Shown one piece after another: positions 40,548 to 52,900 of a stretch of 64,000 nt of DNA (positions within the stretch are counted from its first letter, which is position 1; each line of letters begins with the position of its first letter). The stretch lies in assembly GCF_009914755.1 (NCBI RefSeq), contig NC_060929.1; one strand, written 5' to 3'. The position numbers and the translations under genes were made by a program. The notes under the pieces were generated by a model. The model saw only the letters and a list, made by a program, of their open reading frames with translations. It was not told where the DNA came from and made no database searches. Source of the stretch: the human T2T-CHM13v2.0 reference genome, Homo sapiens.

Positions 40548-41231
40548 GGAAATGTTGTTTTTTAAATTTTTATTTCATTCATTTAAGAGAATGTTAAGGG
40601 GTCATAAATGAATTTATTAGCTATAGAAGCTTAATTTCACATTATTCATTTTAATAATATTCTGTATTTCACAGATTAATATATAATTTAACTTTTGAAA
40701 ATGTTATCTATGTCTCTAATTGTGTTTTACTGCATACAACTTATGAAATTACTTTCTAGTGTTACAATAATTGGCATTAAATATTGCTAAAAAGTATCAG
40801 GAGTTCTATAAACTTGAAGAAGATTTCTTTGATATATCATTTTTATATGCTATTGGAAGTCTCGTGAAATGTTAATACTTGATAAATTATTACTATATAT
40901 AAAGTATATTTCAGAAGGCTGAAAATATTTATGTGGTAACTAAAGGCACATTTCAATTTGACAAGATTGGAATTTGTTGTCTAGAACACTATATATTGCC
41001 CTAACATCTCAATTAGCCTACCTAGTGAACACATTTGCTATTGTAGTGAGCAAGCAGGGATTTTTCTGTGTGGTTTTGTTGTCTTTCAATACTTCATTTT
41101 AATCAGAGCTGAATTAGAGAACTGGGAATGTCAGACCTGAAAGGAACCAAAAGTCAACTTTATCATTATGTTTTATGAGACTTTGCCAGGAGATTCTCCA
41201 TTTGTTCTTTTAGTCCATATAAAAGCAGGTA

Positions 41232-41411
41232 TAGTCATGCACCACATAATAATACTTTGGTCAATGATGGATTGCATACACGATGGTGGCCTCATAAGAT
41301 TATAATGTATTTCTGCTGTACTTTTCTATGTTCAGATATGTTTAGATACACCAGTACTTACCATTTGTTACAATGCCCTACAATATTTATACAGTAACAT
41401 GCTGTACAGGT
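41232..41411 (+). mobile_element. Tigger3a (MER7A-like) left half
   Basis: agtcatgcaccacataa…ggtcaatgatgga…cataagattataat…agtaacatgctgtacaggt. Confidence 0.85.
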
Positions 41412-41551
41412 GGGGTGGCTCACACCTGTAGTCCCAACATGCTGGGAGGCTGAGGCAAGAGCATCCTGTGAGGCCAAGAATTCCAGACCAGCCTGGACAA
41501 CAGAGCAAGACCCTGTCTCTAAAACAAAATCCAAAACAAACAAACTAAAAA
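41407..41551 (+). mobile_element. FLAM/Alu monomer
   Basis: ggtggctcacacctgtagtccca…accagcctggacaacagagcaagaccctgtctct followed by an A-rich tail. Confidence 0.88.
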
Positions 41552-41574
41552 ACCCGCATTTAAAAAACAGATGA

Positions 41575-41720
41575 AAATGTTTACTACTTGTATGTGTTAA
41601 GCACTTATTATATAAGCCAATGCTGTTCTATGAGCTTTACTTGTGTTAATTATTTTTATAATTCTCAAAACAATCCTATAGTTTAGGTGTATTATTTTTG
41701 TTTTATATATAATGCAACTG
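41575..41720 (-). mobile_element. MIR fragment
   Basis: ttaagcacttat…taattctcaaaacaatcctat…ttttatatataatgcaactg. Confidence 0.6.
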
Positions 41721-42149
41721 TAGAAGGGTTGTTACAGCACAGTTTATTTATAATGGCCAAATCCTTCAGTGGCTTATAAAAACAACTTCATTGTATGAAA
41801 ATAGTAGCCCTATCAGTGGACTAAAAGGCAGTACTTCCACTAATTTGGGCAAGTCACTTAGATTTTTCTGTCTGTATTTACTAAGGTTTCATGCAATTGT
41901 AACATCATCTGATTTTATTGCTTAAACTCTAGGAATACTGTCTTTTTAATTATTTAATAACGTAATGATGTGAGTGAATTCTATTATGGTGTCCAGGGTG
42001 ACAAAAATATTGTCCCTAGGAGATATTAAGAATAGATGTTAAAACTAGGTATTCTTTTGTCTTTGCTTCTTTGTTAATATCTGTGGAAATTCTTTGTATT
42101 AGAAAATCTATAAGTGAAGAAAATGTTAAAGTAGCTTATTTAACAACAT

Positions 42150-42560
42150 GTGTTTTTTAAAAAGTTACTTTGGTTCTGGGTAACATAAATCAATGTGAGC
42201 AAGTTTATGCAAGACAGGGAATTGATTGGAATAGTCTGGAATGTCACCAAATCTAAGGAAATATTAATGTTCAGATCTTATGGGAGATGGAGTTCAGATC
42301 AGCTCTACTCCACGAATCTTAGCGGAGGATTTAATGTTCCTTCATTCTGTGGCTTAGCCATTAATCTCAAAGACTTATCTCTAAATCACCCAATTCAAAT
42401 TATTGGGTGATGATTTGATTGGCCCATTTCACATTATATGCCCACCCTGTTCTATTATTTCTGGCTGGAGGGCCATGTTCCCTTAATAAAAGAAAAAAGG
42501 TCCTTGCTGTTGGTAGATATCTTTATAGATGAGGAAGGCAGTTCTCAAAATAACAGACCA
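42150..42560. mobile_element. possible old MLT1 (K/L/N-like) LTR remnant
   Basis: atttgattggccca…atgcccaccctg resembles old MLT1 LTRs; highly decayed. Confidence 0.35.
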
Positions 42561-42644
42561 GGATATACATGCCAATATGATCTATGTTAATATTACAGTT
42601 GGGAAAACCATCAGAATAAAGTTATTTTCCCTTCCTTCGCCCAT

Positions 42645-43163
42645 GTAATAAATGCATTACAAACATGGCAACAATACTACCTGCTTTACCGAATCCACAC
42701 TCTCTATAATGTGGCCTTATAGCTCCGCTCATCTAGAGATGGAGTCTTTGAATCTGAGCTGGCCCTGTGACTTGTTTTGGCCAAAAGACATTGTAAGTTA
42801 TGTAGTGTTAGTTCTGAGGCCTGGTCTATAGCATCTTTTTTTTTTTCTTTTATCTCTATCCATATCTTGTGAAAAAGCCAAAACCATCCTTCTGGCTTCT
42901 AAAAGACACCTCCTGACAGTGCTGTTGTGCAGCCTATGGCCACAGTGTGATTGAGGCCTTTCTAGACCAGCCAGTTTTCCAGCCAACTCACCAGCTGCTT
43001 GCGGATGCATGATGAACAAGCTCAACCAGGATCAGTTGAGACTGGCTTAGTTCAGTAGAACCACCTCACTGACCCATAGACTTATGAGCAATAATAAATG
43101 CTCATTGTTTTAAATCATTGAGTCTTGAAGTTGTTTCTTTTGGAGTAATAGCAAATGTGCACA
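42645..43163 (+). mobile_element. MaLR solo LTR (MLT1G/H-like)
   Basis: tgaatctgagctggccctgtgacttgttttggccaa…atgagcaataataaatgctcattgttttaaatcattgag. Confidence 0.8.
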
Positions 43164-43679
43164 CCCAGTTCAACAAATAACTATTTTTCCCCAATTTTTT
43201 AGTTTTCCTGTATAGTGAAAATAGTTTTCCCATTTGGTGTTAGAATGAGTCCTTAGTTAAATGTAAGAATGCGAAGTAACTCAATTTTCCCAAGATTATT
43301 TTATATTCTATTTGGTGAAAATAGTTATAAGTATTTTGTAGAAAATTTTGGCTACTCTCAAGTGTTTTGTAAACTTCTATTTTTGAAATTGATTTTGTGG
43401 TATAGTTAATTATCATGTGATCACCAGACTGCTTATTTGAACATTTCAAATTATTTTAGCTTTGCCTGTCCAAATGTGTTCTTTTTCAAAATAGCAATAG
43501 AAATATAATTATACATAAAGAATATAATGAGAAGAAATCAAACACATTTGTTTTGCTATAATAAATACAAATAAGGATTCACATGAGTGAAATACTTATT
43601 TATGAATTTCTAAAAGTGAAAACCAGCTATGAACTCTTTTTTTCCTGTTCCAACTTCTCATAATTTTTAAATTCATTTA

Positions 43680-44140
43680 TTATTATTTTCAGTAAAGCTT
43701 GTGCTTCTGATCACAAGTGGATGTATCTAGACTGGAATCAAATTCAACTTATAAACCCAATAGAGAATCATTGACCTCCTCATACTGTTGGATCTTCGTT
43801 TCCAAACATCTCTTGTCAGCTTTTTTTATTTGTACAAATCTATTTCTTATATTTTTCATAAATACCTTACATTAATTTCCTAATATTTACATTTTTAAAG
43901 ATAACTTTTGATAGAATCTTGGTAATGTACTTTTTAAAAACTATGAACATGCACACATGACATTCTCATTGATTCCATTAATGTGATTAATTGTATTACT
44001 GGCTTTCCAAATGCTAAATTTCATGTGCATATCTGGCATAAAGGGCACTAGATTATGAGATCATGATATAATGCTTCACTGTGCTGAGACAATGATTTCT
44101 AAGATTTAAAATTTTTAAATTTACATTCATATGTCCTATA
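43680..44140 (-). mobile_element. old L1M ORF2 fragment
   Basis: attaatgtgattaattgtattactggctttccaaatgctaaa, decayed antisense ORF2. Confidence 0.4.
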
Positions 44141-44153
44141 TGTCTATAAAAAA

Positions 44154-46265
44154 TTTTTTAAACTTTTAGGTTCAGGGGTACATGTGCAGGTTTATTTTAT
44201 AGGTAAATTGTGCATCACATGGTTTCAGTGTACAGATTATTTCATCACCTAGGTAAGAAACATAGTATCTGACAGATAGTTCTTCAGTCCTCTGCCTCTT
44301 CCCACCCTCCACTTTCAAGTAGGCCCCCATGTCTCTCGTTTTATACTTTGTGTCCAAAGGTACTCAATGTTTAGCTCCCACTTATAAGTGAGAACATGTG
44401 GTAGTTGGTTCTCTGTTCCTGCATTAGTTGGCTAGGGATAATGACCTCCAGCTCCATCCATGTACCTGCAAAGGACATGATCTAGCTCTTTGTTATGGCT
44501 GCATAGTATTCCATGGTGTGTATGTACCACATTTTCTTTAATCTGTCATCGATGGGCATTTAGGTTAATTCCATGTCTTTGCTATTGTGAATAGTGCTGC
44601 AATAAACGTACACATGCATGTGTCTTTATGATAGAATGATTTATATTCCTTTGGGTATATACCCAGTAATGGGATTGCTGAGTCTCATGGTAGTTCTGTT
44701 TCTAGCTCTTTGAGGCATCATCACACTGCTTCCACAATGGTTGAACTAATTTACACTCCCACCAACAGTGTATGAGCAGCCCCGTTTCTCCACAACCTCA
44801 CCAGCAACTATTTTTTGATTTTTTTAGTAATAGCCATTTTGACTGTTGTTAGGTGGTATCTCATTGAGGTTTTGATTTGCATTTGTCTAATGATTAGTGA
44901 TGTTGAGCATTTTTTCATATGCTTGTTGGCTACCTGTATGTCTTCTTTTGGAAAGCGTCTGTTCATATTCGTTGCCTACATTGCAATGGGGTTATTCATT
45001 TTTTGCTTGTCAATTTGTTTACTTTCCTTATAGATTCTGGATATTTGACTTTTGTCAGATGCATAGTTTGCAGATATTTTCTCCCATTCTGTGGGTTGTA
45101 TATTTACTTTATTGATAGTTTCTTTGGCTGTGCAGAAGCTCTTTAGTTTAATTAGTTCCCATTAGTCAACTTTTCTTCTTATAATTGCTTTTGGCATCTT
45201 CATCTTGAAATCTTTTCCAGGTCCTATGTCCAGCATGTTATCTCCTAGTTTATCTTCCAGTGTTTTTATATTTTTAGGTTTTACATGTAAGTCTTTAATC
45301 TGTCTTGAGTTAATGTTTGCATATGGTATAAGGATGGACTCCAGCTTCAATCTTCTGCATGTGGCTAGCCAGTTATCACGGCACATAATCTGCTGTCCAA
45401 GTGCTTCCTGGGGGAACATGGGTTGTGCCTGCCTGCAAAGTTCAGGCAGATGTACATCTGCTGGACTGGAAGCTCTAGCAGGTATGGCTTGCCTGGCTAT
45501 GAGAAAGTGGAGGTAGGTGTAGTTGTTCACCCTGCCATCCATGCATTTCCCTGGACAATAGGAGGCTGCACCCTCTTGCTGGCTTCACACAGAAGTGGGA
45601 TTTCTGGGCTGGAGCCTTCAGCAGGTATTTCCCACTTGGCTACCAGTGATGGGGGTGGCTGGGGTTGCTTGCCATGCTGTCTGTTTTTTGCCTGGGGCAA
45701 CAGGATGCTGTGGCTACCAGCTGAGTTCAGAGAAAAGTGGGACTGCTGGGCCAGAAGCTGGCACTGAACTTTGTCTGGTGATTGGGGGTGGAGCAATCTT
45801 ATTGCTCCCAGGCACCATGACTGTGGACTCTGCTGGGCCTATGGTGCCCATGCTGGTCAGCTCCAAGGCCCAAGGCTTGTAGTGGTTCCCTTGGACTTGA
45901 GAGTTGCCCTTGCAAAGCATCCACATGGTGCTGTGCCTGTCTAATATTGCAGTGGGGAGTGTAGGGGGCCAGGCGCATTCTCCCATTCCTAGTCTTTCAC
46001 AGTTCTCTTTGGAGAATGTGAATCCCCCAGAGGGCTCTCCCTCATTCACATTTCCCATGTTGGAGAGGTTCTCCTGGCGCCACGCTGAGTCTAGATGGGT
46101 TGGTACCCAGCTTTGCTCCTCCCTTGCTCTCTGTGTCACCCTGCTGCCTGATGGATCCCAATGTGGTTTCTCAGATGACTGGCCTGTAGGATCTGTGTTC
46201 ACTAGCCCTTTTGTTTCCTCTCTGTGAGAGCAGCACACATGAGCTGCTTCTAGTCTGCCATCTAG
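44154..46265 (-). mobile_element. L1PA15-like element: 3' end fused to 5' UTR (internal deletion)
   Basis: 3' UTR and ORF2 end to …gtggctagccagttatc (about 45380), then a GC-rich 5' UTR ending gagctgcttctagtctgccatct. Confidence 0.85.
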
Positions 46266-49200
46266 AATTCATCTTAAAATGAATTATATAGTGTGTTTAT
46301 TAACTTAAGTAGAAATAGATTACTTTCTGTCATTTACATTTTTGATTATTTCCAAATTGCTTATAATATGTTAGTGGAATAGAATAGAATTAAGAACAGA
46401 ATTACACAGTTTGGTCTGATAGATTGGTAGTTTGATAGATAGATGTAAAAATGGATGGAATGCATGGTAAACTGGTTAGTACAATATCTGGTATGCAGTT
46501 TTCCCTCAATAAATATAAGTTGGGTATCATAGAGGTTTGTTGTTAAAATTATTGTATACACCATGGGGAGGTATTAATCTTAAAAATAAAACAATTATTG
46601 AGAAGTAGCGTCATTAAACAGAATATTTTGAAAATGTCATATGATGTTCTTCATTATGATTTAATTTATTTGCCTGAACAATCAAAATTGTTCATAAAAG
46701 AGGACTCAGCCTTGGACCTTTTAAACAGCTGCAATATAGAGCACTTTACTTAAAATACATATGCTGCAAGATACTTTTCAATTTAGGATTTGGAAAGGTG
46801 GTGGCAAAATTATAGTTATCAAAATGGTGATTTTCAATAAGTACTGTAATTAGCATGCATTGCTTCTAGAAATTATACTTTTTAGCAATGGGCCATGACT
46901 CACTTGTATTTGCATATAATCAGTGCATGTTAGAAATGAATGTCCATTTATCTTCAGAATACAAAGAATGAAAATGTGGCCTAAAAAGTGATGTTAATTA
47001 AAATACCTTATCAGATCCTACCCATATCTTATATGAAATGTTATTTTTGTGTTCCGCAGAGAACTCTGTTAATGTTTAGTTATGTGCTCTTTCAAATTTA
47101 GTCTGTGCCAGGCTGTGAAAGCCACTGGAGAGCTCCTTCTTTTCTCTGATTCCTGGACAAATAGACCAAGAATTCTCTTTAAGCATTTGGTAAATATGTG
47201 TAACTCCTCTTGAAGCCACCTGCCACACCCACGCCTGTTGTAAAGAAAGCACCATACTTCATCGCAACAGATTTTTCAGAGTGAACTCCATGGAATAAGT
47301 CTAACAATTGTTCAGAACTCGCAGCAGACAGCATTTGTTCCTTTGCTCTCAGAAGCTTTGGCTCAGATGCTTATCACTGTGCCTGAGCTTTCATATCTGC
47401 CTTTGGGTTCCTCTGATCTGGGGACCCTTCTTGACTCCTTTCCTGTCTTTTTTGAATCTTGTCTCTCTGGCATGATTTTGGATCAGCACCTTGTTTTAAC
47501 TTCAGTACACCAGATATGCTGCATTCAGAGAATACTTCCATCTCTAGATCCAGAAAACAAGTTACCTCCTAGGAGACCAGCTTCCAATCTTCTCATGACA
47601 AGAGATATAAATACTGGGAATTCTTGTAATAAGAAATTTAATTTCAGCTTTTCTAACAAGTGACTCTCACCAACTTACCATTCCCACCAAATATACATAT
47701 TCTAATCTTTGATAAAAGGTCGATGATATGTTCTTGCTTTTCTCTTTACATATATTTTATCAAAGTTTTCAGGTCATTGATTATTCTTTTATGTGCTCAA
47801 ATATCCAACTTAATTTTAAATTACCCCAAACAGGAACTCCTTAAAAAAATCTCTCTGTTTCTGGGCAATATGGTGATGGAAAAGCTTGTAAATATCATCA
47901 GTCTTATCCAGCTCCTTCATTATCATGTAAGGAAATGAGCAGATTATCTTTATTAAAAGTATACTTGTTAAAACCTGATTGGGTGAGCCCAGTTAGCATT
48001 GATTTCATTCAAGATTTCAGAAGTTCTAGCATTTGTGAAACACTCATATTTAGATTAGACATTTAATAGATGTGTCTCATTTGCAAAGAAAACATTTTGC
48101 CAGACTTTCAGTAAAAGTGTATATGAAATCATCTAGAGATTATGACATTTAGTATGAATAGCCAAGATAATTCTTATGAATTTCTTTGAAAATGGGGAAA
48201 AAATGTCCAGTTGCATCCTTCTAAAGCTGGTTTCTAGAGATAATTTTTTTACTAATATTTTAAATAAACTACTTCTGATTGAATCTGTATACCCAAAAGT
48301 ATGTGCTACTGCATTAATTTTCAGTTTAATTCAGGATATCACATTGAATAATATTATGTAGTATTGACAACTAGTATTATATTTAAAGCAGCCTACAGGA
48401 CAAATGGATTCCTGTAGACATTTATTTAAGAACCTATACTTTTTCTCAGAGAGAAGTTAATTCTGACTGCTGGAAACAGAATGAAATCTTGTTCCACTGA
48501 CTTAGTTTGCCTTCTCTATTTCCCATGTGGTGATTCTAAATTCTCTGCATTCTGCATCACTGTTCTCCAATTGATAAAGGAGTTCTGGTCCTTAGTTACC
48601 TTTTGCCCAGAATGTAATGTTTCTCCAAAGTGCTATCATAATGAAGTTAATTTTGCTCTCATAGTCTCAGGCTCTGTTTGTTGGCAACTGATAGGTGTGC
48701 TGGATATATCTTAGCTTCTTGAGTATGGCTGAGCAAGTGTGTCCCTGGCTCTATTTAAGTGCTTTTTAATATAAGAAAGTGATGCTTAAAGAATGAAAGT
48801 GATTTTTTAAATGATGTTACTTAACTCCTGAATCTATACTCAATTTACAATAATTTATTTTTCAAATTAGCAAAATGGTATAAGTTATTTTAAAAAATCA
48901 AACATTGCTGAAACTTATAAGGTGAAATAGTAAAATTTCAATTCCCTAGAGTAATTCCTTTAACAAACATTTTTCTATACAAGTTATATATCTATTAAGC
49001 TTGCTAGTAACATCTAAGTGTGAAGCAAACTTTTTTTTCCTCTCATAGCCTTTTAATTTGCTCAATGTGGTTAGTTTATTCACTGTATGGAAATGTAGGA
49101 AATTCCATGAATTTTGGTTTTATTTAAAGTAAAAAGATCAGTCTGGATTCAAAATACCCAATTTCATGTAATAGTCAATATATCAATATTCATTCAGAGA

Positions 49201-49505
49201 TTAGATGTCACGATGCCTGGCTCCAGCTAAGGCTGCTGTGGAATAAGCCTAGAAAAACCTGGAGGAATCACGTCAGCTTATTCTCTCTCTTTCTTATGAA
49301 TGTCCTCAATCAATCTCTCTCTAGCTTCTGCTACTGATTTCTTATGGTTTTGGCATTTTTGGTGGAGGAGTTAGCGGGGTTAAGGAAAATAAAAAAAAAA
49401 AAAAACATATTTGACAGGCACAGTTGTAAGCTAGCTTCATTTATAAATAATTTTTTAAAAAATCATCTGTGACTTCTTCAGAATTTCTCCACCCCCATAG
49501 CTGGG

Positions 49506-49712
49506 TGTTGAGAGATAATTCTCCATGGGTCTGTCCATCTTGTAAACAGAGGCACTGTATTAATATGTTCTGGACATCTTTTTTGTTATTGGACATCACA
49601 TTTGTATAGCAAACAGCCTTGGAAGGGAGAGAGAGCGTCTATCTTCAGAACAAACAAAAGACATGCTTAATTCCTTTTATAAAAATGTTGGATTCCTTAA
49701 ATTCAGAGACCT
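49506..49712 (+). mobile_element. ERVL-type LTR fragment (LTR47-like)
   Basis: tgttgagagataattctccatgggtct…agaggcactg…tttgtatagcaaacagccttggaag. Confidence 0.55.
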
Positions 49713-49974
49713 GTTCAAGGCTGGGTATGAATGTACTCTATCCGTAATAAAATAGATTGCTTGTTCAACCCCTGACATTATGACTCAATAGAACTGTTTT
49801 AATAGGCACCTCAGATAACAGTCACTTCATGCATCATGGTCAGGTGCTAAGTCTCTACTAAGGCCCATATGTGCTCCAGAGTTGTTCTCCAGTAAGGAGA
49901 GCATCACCGTGCTTCAGAAACTGGGGTAGAGCTTGCACTTTATGTAGTTATTTAATTACTCCAACACCATATAA

Positions 49975-52900
49975 AGCTCTCTTTCTCTGATGAATTTCCT
50001 TTGTACCCTTGTCAAAAATGAATTGACTATGTATATGCAGGGCTATTTCTAAACTCTGTTCTATTCTATTCTGTTGATCTATTTATCTTTATATCAATAT
50101 CATATCATGTTGATTATTGTCACTATTACTGTCTATTAAGTTGTTCAAAATCAGATGTTGTAAGAAATCCAATTTTATTACCTCTTTTCAAAGTTGTTTG
50201 ACAATTTTAGGCCTTTTGCATTTCCATATGAATTTTAGGATTGGCTTGTCAATTTTGACCAAAAAATTTGCTGAGACTTTTATTGGACTTCTGTTGAATT
50301 TACATTTGTAAATAACGTGATAGTGACTTTATATTTAGTATTTTGATCCATGAACACACCATACATCTCCATTTACTTATATCTTTTTAAGTTTCTTTCA
50401 GCAACAATTTGTAGTTTTCAGGGTGTAGATGTTTTGTCAGATTGAGGCTTAAGTATTACCTACTTTCAATTCTATTATAAATGGTATTGCTTTTGTAATT
50501 AAAATTTCTGACTGTTCATTTTTAGAATATATTAATCTTATATATTGATACAATATTGTATCAATTTAGCCAACATTGCTAAATTCCCTTTTTAATTCTA
50601 CTTTTTGTCAATTTTATAGGTCTTTCTATTTAGATGATTATATCACATGAAAATAAAGACAGTTTTACCTCTTTTACAATCCTAGTGCCATTTATTTCTT
50701 TTTCTTGCCTTGTTACACTGACTACAACCTCCTGTCAAATGTTGAACAGAAGTGATTGTTCCTAACCTTAGTGGTATAGGAGCAAATATTTTGCTATTAG
50801 AAAGATATCAACTGTGAATTTTTTATAGATGCTCTTTGTCAGTTGAGACAGATCCTTTATATTCATAATTTGCTGAAAAAATTTTAAAATCAGAATTATA
50901 TGTTGGCTTTTGTCAAATGATTTTCAAACATATTCAAGAAGATTGTATTATATGATCTTTTAACATTCAATATGTAAATATGGTGAATTACATCCATTAT
51001 TGAATGTTAAACCAACTTTGCATTCCAAGCATAAACTCCACCCTTTAGTGTTGTGGTATGTTTTTACACAATGTTGAAATCAATTTATATAATTTTGTTA
51101 AGATTTTTGAATTTATGTTTATGTGAAATATTGGTCTATAGTTTTCTTTTAATATCTTTTCTGGTTTTCATAGCAATGCTGGCCTCAGGGAATGAGATGG
51201 AAAGCAGTCATCCTATTCAATTTTCTGGGAGAGTATGTTTAGAATTAGTATTATTTTCTACGAATGTTTTGCTGAATTCACTGATGAAAACATTTTTACC
51301 TGAATTTTTTTCAAGATAATTAGCTACAAATTCAATTTCCTTAAGAGATATAAAACAATTCAGGTTATCAATTTCTGTTTTAGTGAGTTTTGGAGATTTG
51401 TGTGTTTCATAAAATTTTCCTATTTTATCTAAGTTGTCACATTTATTGGCACAAAGTTGTTTATACTGTTATCTTATTATTCCTTCAATATTTGTATAAT
51501 CTGTAGAAATATCATGTACCTCATCCTAACACTGGTAATATTTTTCCTCCCTTGTTTTTCTGATAAGTTTGGCTAGAAGTTTATCAATTTTATTTGCCTT
51601 CTTAAAGAACCAGCATTTGGTTCATAGATTTTCCTCAATTGTTTTTGTTTTCTATTTCATTGATGTCTTCTCCTGTTTTTAAAGTGTCTTTTCTTCTGCA
51701 TATTTTGGGCATATTTGCTCTTATTTTCCCAGTTGTTTACCATAGAAGTCAAGCTCATTGATTTAAAAACTTGTTTCTTTTCTAATGTAGATATTTCTGT
51801 TATAAATTTTCTTCAAAGTACTGCTTTAGTGCTACTAAAGTATGTTTTCAATTTTCTGGAAGAGTTGTGTAGAATTGGCTTTTAAAAAAACATGGTATGT
51901 TGTGCTATTATTTTTAATGGATTCAAAATACTTTATTTTCTTTTACCTGTGTGTAACTTAGAAAAGTGTTATTTAGTTTTTAAATATTTGGGGATTTCTC
52001 AGACATATTTCTGTTACTGATTTCTAGTTTAATTCTATTGTGGTCAGAGAAAATACTTTATATGATCTGAATCTTTGAAAATTATTAAGACTTATTTTAT
52101 GTTTGACAATATGCTTTATGTTGGTAAATGTCCTCTGTGTACTTGAAAAAAATATATTTTCTGTTCTTATTTTGTTTTATTCATGTTAATTAGGTCAAAT
52201 AGAAAATGTTGCTCAAGCCTTCTATATCTTCACTGATTTTGAACATACGCTCTCTATAAATTATGGTAAGAGAGGTGCTGAAGCCTCCAATTATATTTAT
52301 AAGTTTATTTCTAAAAGTATTTCTGTTAGGTTTTGCTTCATAAATTGGAGCTATATTATCAGGTGCATAAATGGTTAGGTATATTATGTCTTCTTGATAA
52401 ATTGACCCTTTTATATTTATGACATGGCCTTCTTGGTCTCTGGTAATATTATTTTCTTTGAAATATATTTTGTCTAATATTAATATAGCATTCAAACTTT
52501 CTTTTGATGTTAGCATAGTATTGTTTTTGCAGCCTTTTATCTTTAACTTTTTTATGTCTTTATATTTAAAGTGGATTTGTTGTAGGCAAATAATGAGTAT
52601 TGCTTTGTGTCACAATCTCATAATTTCTACCTTTTAATTGTGGTGCGTTTGGACTATTTCATTTGGTATGTTATTGATATGATTAGGTTTAAGCCTACAT
52701 TTTGCTATTTGCTTCATCTCTCCCTTGTTCCCCTTTTTCTTTTTTCTGCTTTTTTAAATTAATTGAGCATTTAAATTATTTTATATTATCTCCTTTGTTG
52801 ACTTATAATTTAAAACTACATCTTTTAAATATGTGAATTAATTCTTTATCATTGGCACTTAGACAGCATGGGTAGCTACAAAATAAAATTTTGTTAGGGC

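Noticed and set aside
45162-46238. Cluster of overlapping 89-174 aa ORFs on both strands
   Set aside because: All lie in a GC-rich L1 5' UTR where stops are rare; no coding signature.
47343-47663. 106-aa ORF in non-repeat sequence
   Set aside because: Non-ATG start, no recognisable homology or supporting splice structure.
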